IMG/VR virus record: IMGVR_UViG_3300042539_001687
Coordinates: 1 to 61,602 of that record
DNA length: 61,602 nucleotides
From: a virus
Taxonomy: Duplodnaviria > Caudoviricetes
Strand: one strand, 5' to 3'
Shown: positions 9,980 to 18,880 of the stretch, in pieces
How positions within the stretch are numbered: the stretch's first letter is position 1
Layout of the letters: every line of letters starts with the position of its first letter
Translations under genes and position numbers: made by a program
The notes under the pieces: model-generated
What the model was told of the DNA's origin: nothing
Database searches by the model: none
Seen by the model: the letters and a program-made list of their open reading frames with translations, nothing else

Positions 9980-12490
9980 ATGGACCCAGCAGATCAGATC
10001 AGGGCGCGGCTGCGTGAGATGCAGGGGCTGACGGGATTTCCGGCTGACCAGCTCGCTGGCGCCATGGGCCCTGACGTCGCAGAAGTGGAGTTCGTCGATC
10101 GGTTCAAGAGTCAGCTGCAGGCACGGGAGGCCAAGCAGGCTGCGGAGCGCCAGGAGGCCGACAGTCAGGCTCGCAAGGCCCGCTCCGAGCGCGAGGGGAT
10201 GGCCGCTGCCGTCGCCGATGCCGGGCCAGAGATGCGTCGCACGGACGCACTGTCGGCTCCTGGACTCGAGGACTCCGCCTGGCAGGAGAGCGACGAGCTT
10301 GTTCTTCCGGGCGTGCCTGCGGCCCCCGCGCCCACCGCTCCAGCCCAGCCCTCAAACCCGTTTAGTGTTGGTGCCAGACGACCGCCGTTCCGAGCGCCAA
10401 ACCCGGCGCAAGACATGGCGGACGATCGCCGCCGCTCGCGCGAAGCCGGTGCTGCTGCAGCTGCCTCTGCCGCGCCGGCAGCTACTGCGGCTCGGGCAGC
10501 CCAGCAGCGGAGGTCAGAGGAAAAGGGCCTGCAAGCGCGCGCCCGCGCTCCAGGCGGGCTGAACGTGCCTCCGGCGCGGGTGGAGGCGGACCGCGCTGCG
10601 GCACAAACTGCCACTGCCAGGCCCGCTCCGGCCCGCTCCGGGCCAGACGACCTGCGGGAGCGGAAGGATCGGGCCCGCGAGAGCAAGGAGCTCGCTCAAT
10701 ACCGCATCGACATGGATCGGTACGACGCCGAGCGCCTTGCCTGGCAGACCGAGTACGACAACGCCGTCGAGGCAGGCGACCTTCCCCGCGCCGAAACACT
10801 CGCCGCCGCCGAGCCGCAGCCTCCGACCCCGCCGCAGTCCGTGACCGGCGGCCTGGACGAGAACGAAGTCAAGGCGGTCTGGGACCACGACAACGACCCC
10901 GCCACGCCGCGCATTGCTGAGACTGCCGAGCAGTCTCTTGCCTGGCTGAAAGCAAACGACCCGAAGGCTTATGAGCGCCTGGCCCGCCAAGCACAGGCCG
11001 CCGTCGGGACCGACAAAGAGTCGCTCCGGGAGTGGGCGTCGGCGCAGTTTGGCGAGATGGAGCCGGGTGATCGTCGCAAGGCCATGCAGCGCTCTGGCTC
11101 CATGCTCAACGCCAACGACGAGCGCGTGAACTTCGTGATGCCGCAGGGCGCCAGGGGCGGCATCGGCGACAGCGGCAGGGGCCGAGCGCCCCGAGCGCCA
11201 GAGGGCCGCCAGGCACTGGACCCGCGCACCGGCCAGCCGATCATTGTGCGCGATCCCTTCAATCAGAATCGCGTCGAGCCGATCCCCGCTCCGCGTGGGG
11301 GCCTGCTCGGCACGCCAGGCGGTACGCGCATGCCGGCACCGCAGAACCAGGCGGCGCTGGGCGCAGGCGGGCTGGGGATTGAGAGCCTCGATAGCTTCCC
11401 CGTCAACCCGGAGGCCATGACGCCGCAGTGGCGCGAACAGATGATGGGCATTGGCCTGATGGCCTTCGGCCTGGATCGCGAAGACTTCGCCGAAGGACCT
11501 GAAGGCGACGATATGTTTATCGCCTCCACGCAGCGGCTGCTCGACCGACACCAGCAGAAGGTGGCGGCTGGCTTCGTGGTCCGGCCGTCGATCACCGGCG
11601 GATACACCTACGAGCCCGGCCAGGCCATGCAGGAACAGCGGGCCGCGAACGCCCGAGACAAGGACACGAACTCGTTCCTTGCGGCCAGGCCGGCGATCAA
11701 CGACACAGACGGTGCGGCCGAGCTCCAGGGCGCCGCCACCCCCGCCGAACGGCGCCAGATCAAGGCGCGCCTGCGGCAGCAGGACCAGGAGGAACGCCGC
11801 CAGGCACTCAACGACGCCCGCAGCAAAGAGGCGGACCAGAAGAACCGCAACAACCCCGCTCGCGCACCGGGCATGTTCCGTGATTCGCTGGCGGCGGCGG
11901 GCAACGACCCTCAGGCGCAGGCTGCCGTCTACCGCAACTTCGGCATGCCGCGCGAAGCCGAGCGCATTCTCGCCATGGAGAATCAGCGCTTTGCCGTCGA
12001 GCAGGCCGGGTTGACGGAGCGGGCAAAGGCAGATGCTGAGCGCGAGCCCAATGGCCTGGACCTCATGATCCAGGCTGACAACCAGATCGTAGGCGGTCTG
12101 CTCGACGAAGACCCCACGCAGCCTCTGAATGCCGACACGGCCATCGATATGTACGACAGGGTGCACAGTCCGGAGGGCAAGCCCATGGGCCCGGACAAGG
12201 CCCGTGACGGTGTCGGTCGGCTGCTTGTTCAGTCTGGTCGACCTGCGGCAATGGCGCACCCGATCGTTCAGGGTGTGCTGGACGACATCTACACAAACAT
12301 CGGGTGGGCTCGCAGCGACGAGCCGGACAACGTGGGCTTCGTTGGCAAGCGCGAGTTCTTCATCCTCGAGGCTCGCAGGCGGCTCAACATGGACGAGAAA
12401 ACCGCCGGCGCGATGTTTGATCGCCGCAAGGGTACGGCTGTGGAGCAGGCGCCAGCAGAAGGCCAAGTGGCGGCCGGAGCAGCGCAATGA
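9980..12490 (+). CDS. 836-aa Ala/Gln/Arg-rich protein, candidate ejection protein
   Basis: Long ORF in the same operon with helical, low-complexity composition. Confidence 0.55.
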   Translation: MDPADQIRARLREMQGLTGFPADQLAGAMGPDVAEVEFVDRFKSQLQAREAKQAAERQEADSQARKARSEREGMAAAVADAGPEMRRTDALSAPGLEDSAWQESDELVLPGVPAAPAPTAPAQPSNPFSVGARRPPFRAPNPAQDMADDRRRSREAGAAAAASAAPAATAARAAQQRRSEEKGLQARARAPGGLNVPPARVEADRAAAQTATARPAPARSGPDDLRERKDRARESKELAQYRIDMDRYDAERLAWQTEYDNAVEAGDLPRAETLAAAEPQPPTPPQSVTGGLDENEVKAVWDHDNDPATPRIAETAEQSLAWLKANDPKAYERLARQAQAAVGTDKESLREWASAQFGEMEPGDRRKAMQRSGSMLNANDERVNFVMPQGARGGIGDSGRGRAPRAPEGRQALDPRTGQPIIVRDPFNQNRVEPIPAPRGGLLGTPGGTRMPAPQNQAALGAGGLGIESLDSFPVNPEAMTPQWREQMMGIGLMAFGLDREDFAEGPEGDDMFIASTQRLLDRHQQKVAAGFVVRPSITGGYTYEPGQAMQEQRAANARDKDTNSFLAARPAINDTDGAAELQGAATPAERRQIKARLRQQDQEERRQALNDARSKEADQKNRNNPARAPGMFRDSLAAAGNDPQAQAAVYRNFGMPREAERILAMENQRFAVEQAGLTERAKADAEREPNGLDLMIQADNQIVGGLLDEDPTQPLNADTAIDMYDRVHSPEGKPMGPDKARDGVGRLLVQSGRPAAMAHPIVQGVLDDIYTNIGWARSDEPDNVGFVGKREFFILEARRRLNMDEKTAGAMFDRRKGTAVEQAPAEGQVAAGAAQ

Positions 12491-12508
12491 CCTTGCGCGA
12501 GGCCAGCC

Positions 12509-15500
12509 ATGGCAGACTTCCTGCGTAACTTCTACACGGGCCAGGACATTGCCGACGCTGCACTGTCTCCGGCCCGCAAGGCCCAGCTGCTCGCGCAGGT
12601 CGACGCTGGAGGCGGCGGCCTAGTCTCGGACATCGCCTGGCTGCTCGACACTCCGGGAGCCATGGTGCGCGGGGCGCTCTCGGGGACCGGTGCCCTGAAC
12701 GCCCTCTCCCAGACCTCTGAGGAGCGGACCGACGGGCGGGAGCTGCTGCGCCAGGCTGGCCTGGCTGGGAGCGAGGACAATTGGGGGAACTTTTTTGGGG
12801 GGCTCGCCACTGAGGTAGTCCTAGACCCCCTCTCCATGCTGTCTGGCCCAGTCAAGGCCCTGTCCCCAGCCGGCAAGCTGGCCGCCAAGTCAGGCCTGCT
12901 CCAGAGGGCGCCCGAGCTGCTGTCGCGCAAGTTCATCGCGACCGGCGGGGCTGGCATGGCGCCCGAGCTGGCGGAGCGGGCCGCCCGGTCAGCGGGCAAT
13001 CTGGCCGGCGAGGTGCCCAGCCGCACCAGCGTGGCCGGTAGGCCCCTTATTGGGCGCCGTGCGGCCCAGCGCTACGGGACCCTGCAGGACCTCCTGGACT
13101 ACGCCGACGACCCGGAGATGGCGCGCAAGAGCCTCCTGGACGCTGTCAGGGGTGACGAGGCTCGCCTGGATGCCCTGCTGCCACGCCGACTGGGCGGCGA
13201 TCTGGGGATCGGGCTGCCGCTGGGGGCCCCCAAGTTGTCGGTCAACCTGCCTGGTGGCGGCGCCTACACGGACGCCATGGACTCCCTGATGTCGACGATC
13301 CGGTGGAGTCCGGCTGGCCGGGCGGTCAGCGCCGTCTTCGACAACAAGGTGGGCCAGGCCACCGACGCCCAGTCGCAGGCGATCTACTCAGGTGCCGACC
13401 AGGCACGCCAGCGGGCCCAAGCCGAAGCCCGCCGCGAAGCCACGTACCAGGCTGCCCGCCTGTACCAAACTTCGCCAGAAACATTCACTGAAGAAGGGAA
13501 TCGGGCGCTCGGCCGGCTCATTGAGCAGCCCGCCGAGAACGCATTCCAGTCCGCCGACGACGTCTTCGCCTCAAACCACCCGGCCGCCAGGCAATACGTC
13601 CAGTGGTGGAAGGAGCGCGCCGACGAGCTGGCCGACGAGTTCACGGAAGCAGGCCTTCGGGGCGCCCGCTTCTCTGATCCCAACGTCTCTGGCTACCTTC
13701 CGCGCCGCGCCGACGGACTCCTTCAGCAGGCGGGCTACAACGACCCCAGTCTGGGTCGCGTGCTGAGCACGCTCACCAGCGACCAGGCGCAGCGCACCGG
13801 CGAGCTGATGGTGCCTGGCGGGCGTGACGTCATCTCCTTTGACTTGAGCCGCGATCCGTTTATTGCCGGCGGGAAGCGCCTGGCCAAGAACGACGAGGAG
13901 GCAGCGCAGTACATCGCCGAGAAGCTGTTCGGGAAGCGCTTTAACCCGGACGACGAAGGGATCCGCGCCTTCGACCAAGAGTACGCCTACGGCACGAAGT
14001 ACTGGTCGAAGACGCCTGACGGTCGCGATGTCTTCAGCCCGCGCGCCGGAGCTGCTCAGGAGTTTGAAGCCGGCGGAGTCGGGGACAACTGGGCAGATAC
14101 GCGAGACTGGCAGGACCTGTTCACCGAGCCAGGCTCCACTCCGTACTCGAAAGAGCAGCTCAAGCAAGCTCGCGGCCTGGCGCAGATCATGCACCGCCTG
14201 CCGGACAACGTCATCAAGGACGTGCCGCTCTTCGGCCAGCACCCCACGCAGACCATTGCGCGCTACATGGAGGGGCGGGCTGGTGCGAAGGCGACGATGA
14301 CGGCGATCTATGACTCGCTGGCCGCAAGCACCAACATGGATCCTGCCAACCTCGCCGATGGCGGGAAGCACATCTCGATGTCGGAAGCCCTGCAGCGGGT
14401 GGGCGGACGCAACACCGCTGACGATGTCGGCGAGGTAGGGGCGCGAGAGCAGATGCGCAGCCGGCTGGCGCAGCGCATCGGCGCCGACCCGGACAAGGTT
14501 GACCTGTCCAACCTCTCGGTTTCGGAGGATCTGGTCAACAAGCTCACTCGGGCCCGCGAAGGCTTTGAGCAGCCGCAGGTGGCGGCCGACTTTAACCGCG
14601 CCCTGTCGCAGTACTTCAGGGCACTCAAGAGCGGGCTGCTGTCCTGGCCGCGCCGGATCGTGCGCGACATGCTCAGCGGCGCCTACAGCAACTGGCTGGA
14701 GGGCGCCCTCGACGTGCGGGCCCTGCCGGTCGTAAAGCAGCTGTGGGGTGCGATTGCAGGAGGGCCGTTCGTCACCGGCAAGGACATCGCCCGCATCTCA
14801 GCGTTCGATCCTCAGGCTGTTGCGTACCTGAAGACCATGCCGCGCTACGCCTCGAAGGCGGCAGACGAGGTCGCTGCTGAGTTCTACGCCGACCTGTCTG
14901 CGTCTGGCTTGCTTGACGCCGGGCGCGCGATGGACCGTGAGGCCATCGTCTCGAGCGGGAACGTCGCCGACCTTCTTCCCGGCGTGGATCCGCAGACGTT
15001 CCTGTTCGGCCAGAACTCTGCCGTAAGGGAGCTGGCAAGCAGGAACTGGAATCCGTTCAGCACGAACTACCGCACTGGGTTCGTGAACCTGGACTTCTTC
15101 GACGCCGACAAGAACCCGATCTCGCGGGCCGGCACGAAGGCTGGAAACCTCTCCGACGCAATCAATCGACTCACTGGCTACCTGTCGCTGCTGCGGCAGG
15201 GTGTCGACCCGATGGAGGCGGCCCGCCGCATGAAGCGGGCGCACGTGGACTACGCCAGCCTCACGCCGGTGGAGCGGTACATCCGAGACAACTTCGTGCC
15301 GTTCTATGCCTATGCGCGAAACGTCACGCAGGAAGTTCTCCGCCAGATCGCCGAGCAGCCGGGTGGACGCTACGGGCAGGGGCTGCGTGCGTACGCGCGG
15401 GCCCAAGAGTCGGGCGACGAGTACGTGCCCGAGAACATCCGCATGCAGGGCGGCGTGGCCATCGACCCCGAAGACCCGATGCTGGGGTGGCTGACGGACC

Positions 15501-16141
15501 CCGATCGCACCACGACCACCTACTACACCGGCCTGAGCGATCTGCCTGGCATCAGCCAGCTCAACATGTTCGATCCGGATTCCCGCCAGCAGACCGCCAG
15601 CAATCTGTTGCAGATGCTGAATCCTCTCTATCGCACGGGCGGAGAGCTGCTGACGGGCGTCGACGCGTTCTACGGTGCGCCGATCAACGAGGTCTCGCGT
15701 GGTTATGGGCCAGTTAGCAAGCTGACACGCGCCGTCACGGGCGACGACGATGCCGGGTACGGCCTTTTGTCTGTCGGCCTAGACAAGGCCACCGACCTGA
15801 TCCCCTACGCGTCGCGGCCACTGCGCACGGCGACAGCCCTGTTCAACCCCGACACCAAGCTGCCGCTCTCCACGAACGCCTTCGTGACGTCCTTCAACGA
15901 GCTGGGCGCCGGACGGCTGAGGGACGCCACTGCCGAAGACGTCCGCCGGGACCAGATCCGGCGGCTGCAGAAGCTGGCCTCGCCCTACACCCGGGACATC
16001 ACCATCCCCACGATCCCGAAGGGCATGGAGGGGCGGGTACCGCAGAACGCCTCCGACGCCCTGGAACTGTCACGGGAGATCCAGGAGGAGGGACGGCAGC
16101 TCCGCCGCCGGCGACTCGAGGGTCGGTTCCAGGGCTACTGA
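12509..16141 (+). CDS. 1210-aa candidate internal virion/ejection protein (large polyvalent-type)
   Basis: N-terminal GGLATEVVLDPLS and C-terminal AARRMKRAHVDYASLTPVERYIRDNFVPFYAY segments resemble large podoviral virion proteins. Confidence 0.6.
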   Translation: MADFLRNFYTGQDIADAALSPARKAQLLAQVDAGGGGLVSDIAWLLDTPGAMVRGALSGTGALNALSQTSEERTDGRELLRQAGLAGSEDNWGNFFGGLATEVVLDPLSMLSGPVKALSPAGKLAAKSGLLQRAPELLSRKFIATGGAGMAPELAERAARSAGNLAGEVPSRTSVAGRPLIGRRAAQRYGTLQDLLDYADDPEMARKSLLDAVRGDEARLDALLPRRLGGDLGIGLPLGAPKLSVNLPGGGAYTDAMDSLMSTIRWSPAGRAVSAVFDNKVGQATDAQSQAIYSGADQARQRAQAEARREATYQAARLYQTSPETFTEEGNRALGRLIEQPAENAFQSADDVFASNHPAARQYVQWWKERADELADEFTEAGLRGARFSDPNVSGYLPRRADGLLQQAGYNDPSLGRVLSTLTSDQAQRTGELMVPGGRDVISFDLSRDPFIAGGKRLAKNDEEAAQYIAEKLFGKRFNPDDEGIRAFDQEYAYGTKYWSKTPDGRDVFSPRAGAAQEFEAGGVGDNWADTRDWQDLFTEPGSTPYSKEQLKQARGLAQIMHRLPDNVIKDVPLFGQHPTQTIARYMEGRAGAKATMTAIYDSLAASTNMDPANLADGGKHISMSEALQRVGGRNTADDVGEVGAREQMRSRLAQRIGADPDKVDLSNLSVSEDLVNKLTRAREGFEQPQVAADFNRALSQYFRALKSGLLSWPRRIVRDMLSGAYSNWLEGALDVRALPVVKQLWGAIAGGPFVTGKDIARISAFDPQAVAYLKTMPRYASKAADEVAAEFYADLSASGLLDAGRAMDREAIVSSGNVADLLPGVDPQTFLFGQNSAVRELASRNWNPFSTNYRTGFVNLDFFDADKNPISRAGTKAGNLSDAINRLTGYLSLLRQGVDPMEAARRMKRAHVDYASLTPVERYIRDNFVPFYAYARNVTQEVLRQIAEQPGGRYGQGLRAYARAQESGDEYVPENIRMQGGVAIDPEDPMLGWLTDPDRTTTTYYTGLSDLPGISQLNMFDPDSRQQTASNLLQMLNPLYRTGGELLTGVDAFYGAPINEVSRGYGPVSKLTRAVTGDDDAGYGLLSVGLDKATDLIPYASRPLRTATALFNPDTKLPLSTNAFVTSFNELGAGRLRDATAEDVRRDQIRRLQKLASPYTRDITIPTIPKGMEGRVPQNASDALELSREIQEEGRQLRRRRLEGRFQGY

Positions 16142-16953
16142 GACATGAGCGGCGGTGGCCCGGAGGCTGCCCCGACGAGCTGGGTCTGGTCCAGGTAGTG
16201 CCTGGCGGCCAGCCCTGGCGTCCTGTGCCCCAGGAACCACTGCGCCCGGCCGGGCTGGGTCATCTCGACGTGCGTCGCGGCGCTCCGGCGCAGCCACCGC
16301 CCGCTCCCGGCCGGCAGTCCGCAGCTGGCTATCAGCAGCCGCATGAACTTGAAGCTCTGCCGGCGACAGCACACCCACCCCAGAACCGTCCCATCCTTGC
16401 TTTCCTGAAACATTCGGTCCACGAGATCCCGAGTCGCCTGAGAGATCACCCTGGTGCAGGGTACGTTCGTTTTCGACGTGACCCAGCCGACGGCCAGCCC
16501 ATGGAAGTTCTCCTTCCTCCAGGAGAAAACGTCGCCGTACCGGGCTCCGGTTTCGTAGGCCAGCATGGTCCAGCACTGCAAGAACAGGCCGAGATTGGCG
16601 CCGTTGCGCAGGCGCTTGCGAGAAAATTTCTCCGCCCCCTTGACCAGCGCCCGGCACTCTGCCATAGTCCACGCCCGTACAGCCTTGGCAGGGACCTTGA
16701 TCCGCATGACGCCCCTTGGGGCATCGGCAATCAGGCCCTCCTCCCAGGCGTACCGCCAGAGAGTGAGCAGGACCCTTCGGTCATTGGCGACGCTCGACGG
16801 CGACAAGGATTCTTGGCGTGCACGGAGGTAGGAATTTACGGCCCGTGCCGTAAATGCGGGCATTTTCGCGGCAAGGTTGGTCATCTGCGCTGCGTACTTG
16901 GCGCAGCACTCACGCTCTGCCAGGTAGCGAGCGGCGACACACTTTGGACTCAC
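16135..16953 (-). CDS. int: Tyrosine recombinase / phage integrase
   Basis: LAYETGARYGD (catalytic R), KT, WLRRSAAT, FLGHRT, HY (catalytic Y); GTG start at 16953 with AAAGGGG upstream; adjacent to a tRNA fragment. Confidence 0.88.
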   Translation of the reverse strand: MSPKCVAARYLAERECCAKYAAQMTNLAAKMPAFTARAVNSYLRARQESLSPSSVANDRRVLLTLWRYAWEEGLIADAPRGVMRIKVPAKAVRAWTMAECRALVKGAEKFSRKRLRNGANLGLFLQCWTMLAYETGARYGDVFSWRKENFHGLAVGWVTSKTNVPCTRVISQATRDLVDRMFQESKDGTVLGWVCCRRQSFKFMRLLIASCGLPAGSGRWLRRSAATHVEMTQPGRAQWFLGHRTPGLAARHYLDQTQLVGAASGPPPLMSQ

Positions 16954-16995
16954 AGGCAAACCCCTTTGGTAGGTAGTATGCCCCACACTTTGGAC
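16938..16995. repeat. Direct repeats CACACTTTGGAC (16938-16949, 16984-16995) with a partial CTTTGG copy at 16964; candidate integrase arm-type/regulator sites
   Basis: Exact 12-mer repeated 46 bp apart immediately beside the att core. Confidence 0.5.
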
Positions 16996-17886
16996 CCAAT
17001 TGCCCCCAGCTCGACAAGCTGGGGGTCGCAGGTTCGAGTCCTGCATCGCCCATTGCCGTACGGATCGACCGCACGGGAGGGGGAGGGTAATTCCGATTAC
17101 CACTCCTCTCCCGGCTGGTCGAAGTCACAACTCTGGGACCACGCCAAACGGGGCTCTAGGTACTTCTACCTTCGCCACGTCGCAAAGTCCATAAAGTCGG
17201 AAGAATCCTCCGCCCTCTCGCACGGCACCCGGCTGCATCGGTGGCTGGAAGTCGGGGACAGGCTGTGGGACGAGCTGGTCGTCCCACCTTCCGAAGTCCT
17301 GACGGACACGGGACTTATCGGCAAGAAAGCCCTGGCGTGGGTGGCCGAGAATGCTCCCGGCCGCGAGCCCGTTTCCTCTAAGGAAATGGCCCAGCTCCGC
17401 TATGAGGCGGATGCCGTCATGGGCCACAAGGCCGCCCGGCGCCTGATCGAGGCGGCTGTCGCACACGAGGTCAGTGTTCGGTGGACAGGCCCGGATGGCG
17501 ACCTGCTTCGGTGCAGGCCGGACCTGGTCTCGGAAGAAGCGTGGGTCGACCTCAAGACCACGAGAGAAGAGGACATCCTCTCGAGCTTCTGGCAGTCCGT
17601 AAAGGACTACGGCTATCACGCGCAGGATGCGCATTACCAGTGGGGCATGGAAGGGCTGGGCATGGAGGCCCGCCCGCTGGTTTTCATCGTCGTCTCGACG
17701 GCGCCGTCTCACGACTGCTGCGTCGTCACGCTGCCTCAGGAGTGGGTCGCTGAAGGGCGACGCCGGCTCCTGAGATCTCTGGCGGACATTCGCGTCCGCA
17801 TGGACCTCGACTACTGGTTGCCGGACCAGCATGGCGAGGTCATTGAACTTCCAGTTCCGGCGCATGTCATGCGAGGGACCGTATGA
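16978..17886 (+). CDS. RecE/exonuclease VIII-like PD-(D/E)XK exonuclease (start uncertain: ATG 16978 or TTG 17053)
   Basis: DYHSSPGWSKSQL, HGTRLH, EVSVRW, LRCRPD, VDLKTT, YGYHAQDAHY motifs; followed by ERF. Confidence 0.85.
   Translation: MPHTLDPIAPSSTSWGSQVRVLHRPLPYGSTAREGEGNSDYHSSPGWSKSQLWDHAKRGSRYFYLRHVAKSIKSEESSALSHGTRLHRWLEVGDRLWDELVVPPSEVLTDTGLIGKKALAWVAENAPGREPVSSKEMAQLRYEADAVMGHKAARRLIEAAVAHEVSVRWTGPDGDLLRCRPDLVSEEAWVDLKTTREEDILSSFWQSVKDYGYHAQDAHYQWGMEGLGMEARPLVFIVVSTAPSHDCCVVTLPQEWVAEGRRRLLRSLADIRVRMDLDYWLPDQHGEVIELPVPAHVMRGTV
17006..17052 (+). other. attP core: 3' half of tRNA-Val(GAC), not a complete tRNA
   Basis: Anticodon arm CCAGC-TCGACAA-GCTGG, variable GGGTC, T arm GCAGG-TTCGAGT-CCTGC, acceptor 3' strand ATCGCCC-A; no D arm or 5' acceptor strand; next to the integrase. 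Confidence 0.88.
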
Positions 17887-18599
17887 GCGAGACCGCTGTT
17901 GCCTACAAGAAGATCTACACCGCCCTGAACCGCTGCCCCGACGGCACCGGCGAGCTGGCTGCCGCACTGGCGAAGGCCGTGCCTGGCTTTCTGCCGCTGG
18001 TCCGCAATCGGGTCAGCCACTTTGCCAAGAAGGGGCCGGACGGAAAGCCCATTCCTGACTACGCCGACCTGGCCCAGTGCCACAAGTCGGCGGCCAAGTC
18101 GCTGGCTGAGCAGGGGCTGGCGGTAGTCCAAACGCTGACGAACAACAGTGAGGGCGAGATGGTGCTGTGCACCCAGCTCCTGCACTCCAGCGGCCAGTAC
18201 ATCGAAAGCCTGATCCCGATCAAGCAGGCCACCAGCCCTCAGCAGATGGCGGCTTCGATTACCTACGCCCGCCGCACGGCGTACTGCGCAATGCTCGGCC
18301 TGGCTGCCGACGACGACGACGACGGGGCCACTGCAGAGCAGGCGTCTGCCGGCGCCGACCTGGCTGACACGGCCCGCGTTGGGTCCCTGGCGATGGCCGC
18401 ACTGGAAGCAGCCAAAAACCCGAACGATCGGGCTTCCGTGCTGGCGCGTGCCTCCAAGAGTGTGCAGGAGGGTCGCATGAACATGGCTCAGCTGCAGGCC
18501 ATGAAGGACCGGGCGGTCGAGATCGACGCCGACGAGGCCAAGAAACAGGGGTCCGCCCGTCGCCGACCCGCTGCCGTCGCCGCTGACGCCGGAACCTGA
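17883..18599 (+). CDS. erf: ERF-family single-strand annealing protein
   Basis: YADL..GLAVVQ..TQLLHSSGQYIES..PQQMAASITYARR..DDDDG. Confidence 0.9.
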   Translation: MSETAVAYKKIYTALNRCPDGTGELAAALAKAVPGFLPLVRNRVSHFAKKGPDGKPIPDYADLAQCHKSAAKSLAEQGLAVVQTLTNNSEGEMVLCTQLLHSSGQYIESLIPIKQATSPQQMAASITYARRTAYCAMLGLAADDDDDGATAEQASAGADLADTARVGSLAMAALEAAKNPNDRASVLARASKSVQEGRMNMAQLQAMKDRAVEIDADEAKKQGSARRRPAAVAADAGT

Positions 18600-18613
18600 G
18601 GAGGGCCGCCCCA

Positions 18614-18880
18614 GTGATCAACAAGGAACTCATCGACCTGTGCCGCACCGTCGTTGGTGCGATCCAGGAGAGCGACAGCTTTGACGCCAGCCAGCTCCGG
18701 AGGCTGCTGATCCACATCGTGCCTCAGCTGCTCGCCGAACTCGACATCCTGGCCAACGTGCTGGAGTCCGTCCTATCCCAACGGATGCCAGTCGTGCCTC
18801 CGGAGCGGGAGCCCGAGCCCGCTCCGGAGGCCTCTCCCAAGAAGCGGAAGAAGCACAAGAAGGGGAAGGGCCGGGCATGA
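18614..18880 (+). CDS. Hypothetical protein with basic C-terminus
   Basis: GAGGAGG RBS; ATGA overlap with the helicase gene. Confidence 0.7.
   Translation: MINKELIDLCRTVVGAIQESDSFDASQLRRLLIHIVPQLLAELDILANVLESVLSQRMPVVPPEREPEPAPEASPKKRKKHKKGKGRA

Noticed and set aside
10514-12487. 657-aa minus-strand ORF (also 31952..33730 +, 43270..44622 -, 30685..31863 +)
   Set aside because: Antisense shadows of well-supported genes in a high-GC genome; no motifs or RBS
16198-16977. N-terminal 260 aa of the 562-aa ORF
   Set aside because: Antisense shadow of the integrase; exonuclease motifs start only after about 17090
17006-17052. Functional phage tRNA gene
   Set aside because: No D arm or 5' acceptor strand upstream; only the 3' half is present
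16954-17103. N-terminal extension of the integrase (MQDSNLRPPAC...)
   Set aside because: This is the antisense translation of the tRNA fragment; GTG 16953 has a better RBS
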